Position numbers and translations under genes: made by a program. The notes beneath the pieces were generated by a model, which worked only from the letters and a program-made list of their open reading frames with translations, ran no database searches and was not told the DNA's origin. From Macrostomum lignano (lineage: Eukaryota), in assembly GCA_002269645.1 (NCBI GenBank), contig NIVC01001121.1:186001-250000 (forward strand): 64,000 nucleotides of DNA, in the 5' to 3' direction. The first letter of the stretch is position 1. Each line of letters opens with the position of its first letter. This document shows positions 63,224-64,000 of this stretch, piece by piece.

Positions 63224-63946
63224 TCAGCAGCTGACTGGCGCAGAGTCTCGCAACGATTCAGTTGACGCAGGCGTCGCCGCCGCTGTTCTGTCAGCTGCAG
63301 AGTCTTCTCCAACAGAGACGTCATCTATGGATGTCTGCTGAAGTGCTGGCTGCTGTTGCAGTTGCTCCTGTTGTGAGGGCGGCTGCTGCTGCTGCGATGC
63401 CGCGGCAGTATCAACACCAGATGGAGGCTCCGGCTGTTCCGGTATCGCCTCCGCGTCTGCCGCTGCTGCCGCTGCTCCAGCGGCCGATCCCGCGGACGTG
63501 GCTGCCTGCGCGGCGGCAGGCCGAACCCTGTCCCGACGAAGGCTGCCGGCGCTGCGCGACAGCCGACGACTCGACGCCCGACGGAAGCTGCGAAACGATC
63601 GAAACGAGGAGCCGAGCGAGCCGCAGTCGGCCGTGTCCTCGTCGACGCTGCCGGCTTCGGCGTCGCCGTTGCTCGGCTTCTTGGAGTCGCCGCCGCGGGC
63701 GTAGAACCGCTTAGCTATCGATGACTTTCGCTCCGGAGTGCAGAAGCAGCGGTTGCACCAGCAGCCCAGGCCGGCCAGGAGCAGCAGCAGCAGGCTGGCG
63801 CACAGGAGCCCGATGCCAGCAGCAGTCTGCGAGGCGATCCCCTTCGAGTCGCCGTTGCCCCACAGGCTGCCACCAACGATGAGAGAGACTGCCCCCAGCA
63901 GTGACAGCGCCATAATCACCGGGGTGCTTTCGTCGAGGCACAGCAT
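63224..63946 (-). CDS. Uncharacterised membrane protein (two N-terminal hydrophobic helices, Cys cluster, disordered tail)
   Basis: 240-aa GC-rich ORF; hydrophobic LSLLGAVSLIVGGSLW and AAGIGLLCASLLLLLLAGL, then GCWCNRCFC. Pyrimidine-rich acceptor ccccatag at 63951, 4 nt before the ATG. Confidence 0.6.
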   Translation of the reverse strand: MLCLDESTPVIMALSLLGAVSLIVGGSLWGNGDSKGIASQTAAGIGLLCASLLLLLLAGLGCWCNRCFCTPERKSSIAKRFYARGGDSKKPSNGDAEAGSVDEDTADCGSLGSSFRSFRSFRRASSRRLSRSAGSLRRDRVRPAAAQAATSAGSAAGAAAAAADAEAIPEQPEPPSGVDTAAASQQQQPPSQQEQLQQQPALQQTSIDDVSVGEDSAADRTAAATPASTESLRDSAPVSC

Positions 63947-64000
63947 GTCTCTATGGGGAGGGGTGAATATAACGGCAATGCAGTTCCTTCAAGTTCTAAG

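Noticed and set aside
63045-63714. Plus-strand ORFs overlapping the membrane-protein gene
   Set aside because: Antisense shadows of a GC-rich CDS with no independent features.

Overview
This is repeat-rich eukaryotic (invertebrate animal) DNA with spliced genes. GC-rich exons and introns filled with ~15-25-bp minisatellites suggest a free-living flatworm such as Macrostomum, but that is inference only. Host genes: a perforin-2/MPEG1-like MACPF cluster (3' part of one paralog at the window start, plus a second paralog caught in a 5.35-kb palindrome), a BTB-BACK-Kelch gene, a damaged fibrinogen-related gene, ubiquitin-RPS27A, a four-exon CRAL-TRIO/Sec14 gene whose introns are nearly pure satellite, and an unknown two-TM protein. 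Mobile DNA: one intact young Ty3/gypsy element, one degenerate gypsy with nested insertions, a tRNA-derived SINE family with 14-bp TSDs, hAT and Tc1-type MITEs, and LINE fragments. There is also a 17.3-kb foldback element with 3.6/2.8-kb modular inverted arms and a 7-bp TSD, which resembles Galileo/P elements but has no visible transposase. The most notable observations are this foldback, the MPEG1 palindrome (arms apparently identical inside, diverged outside; a possible hairpin-RNA locus), a 1.9-kb tract with no CpG, and a minisatellite built from an amplified splice donor. All coordinates, alignments and counts were done by eye and need computational confirmation.
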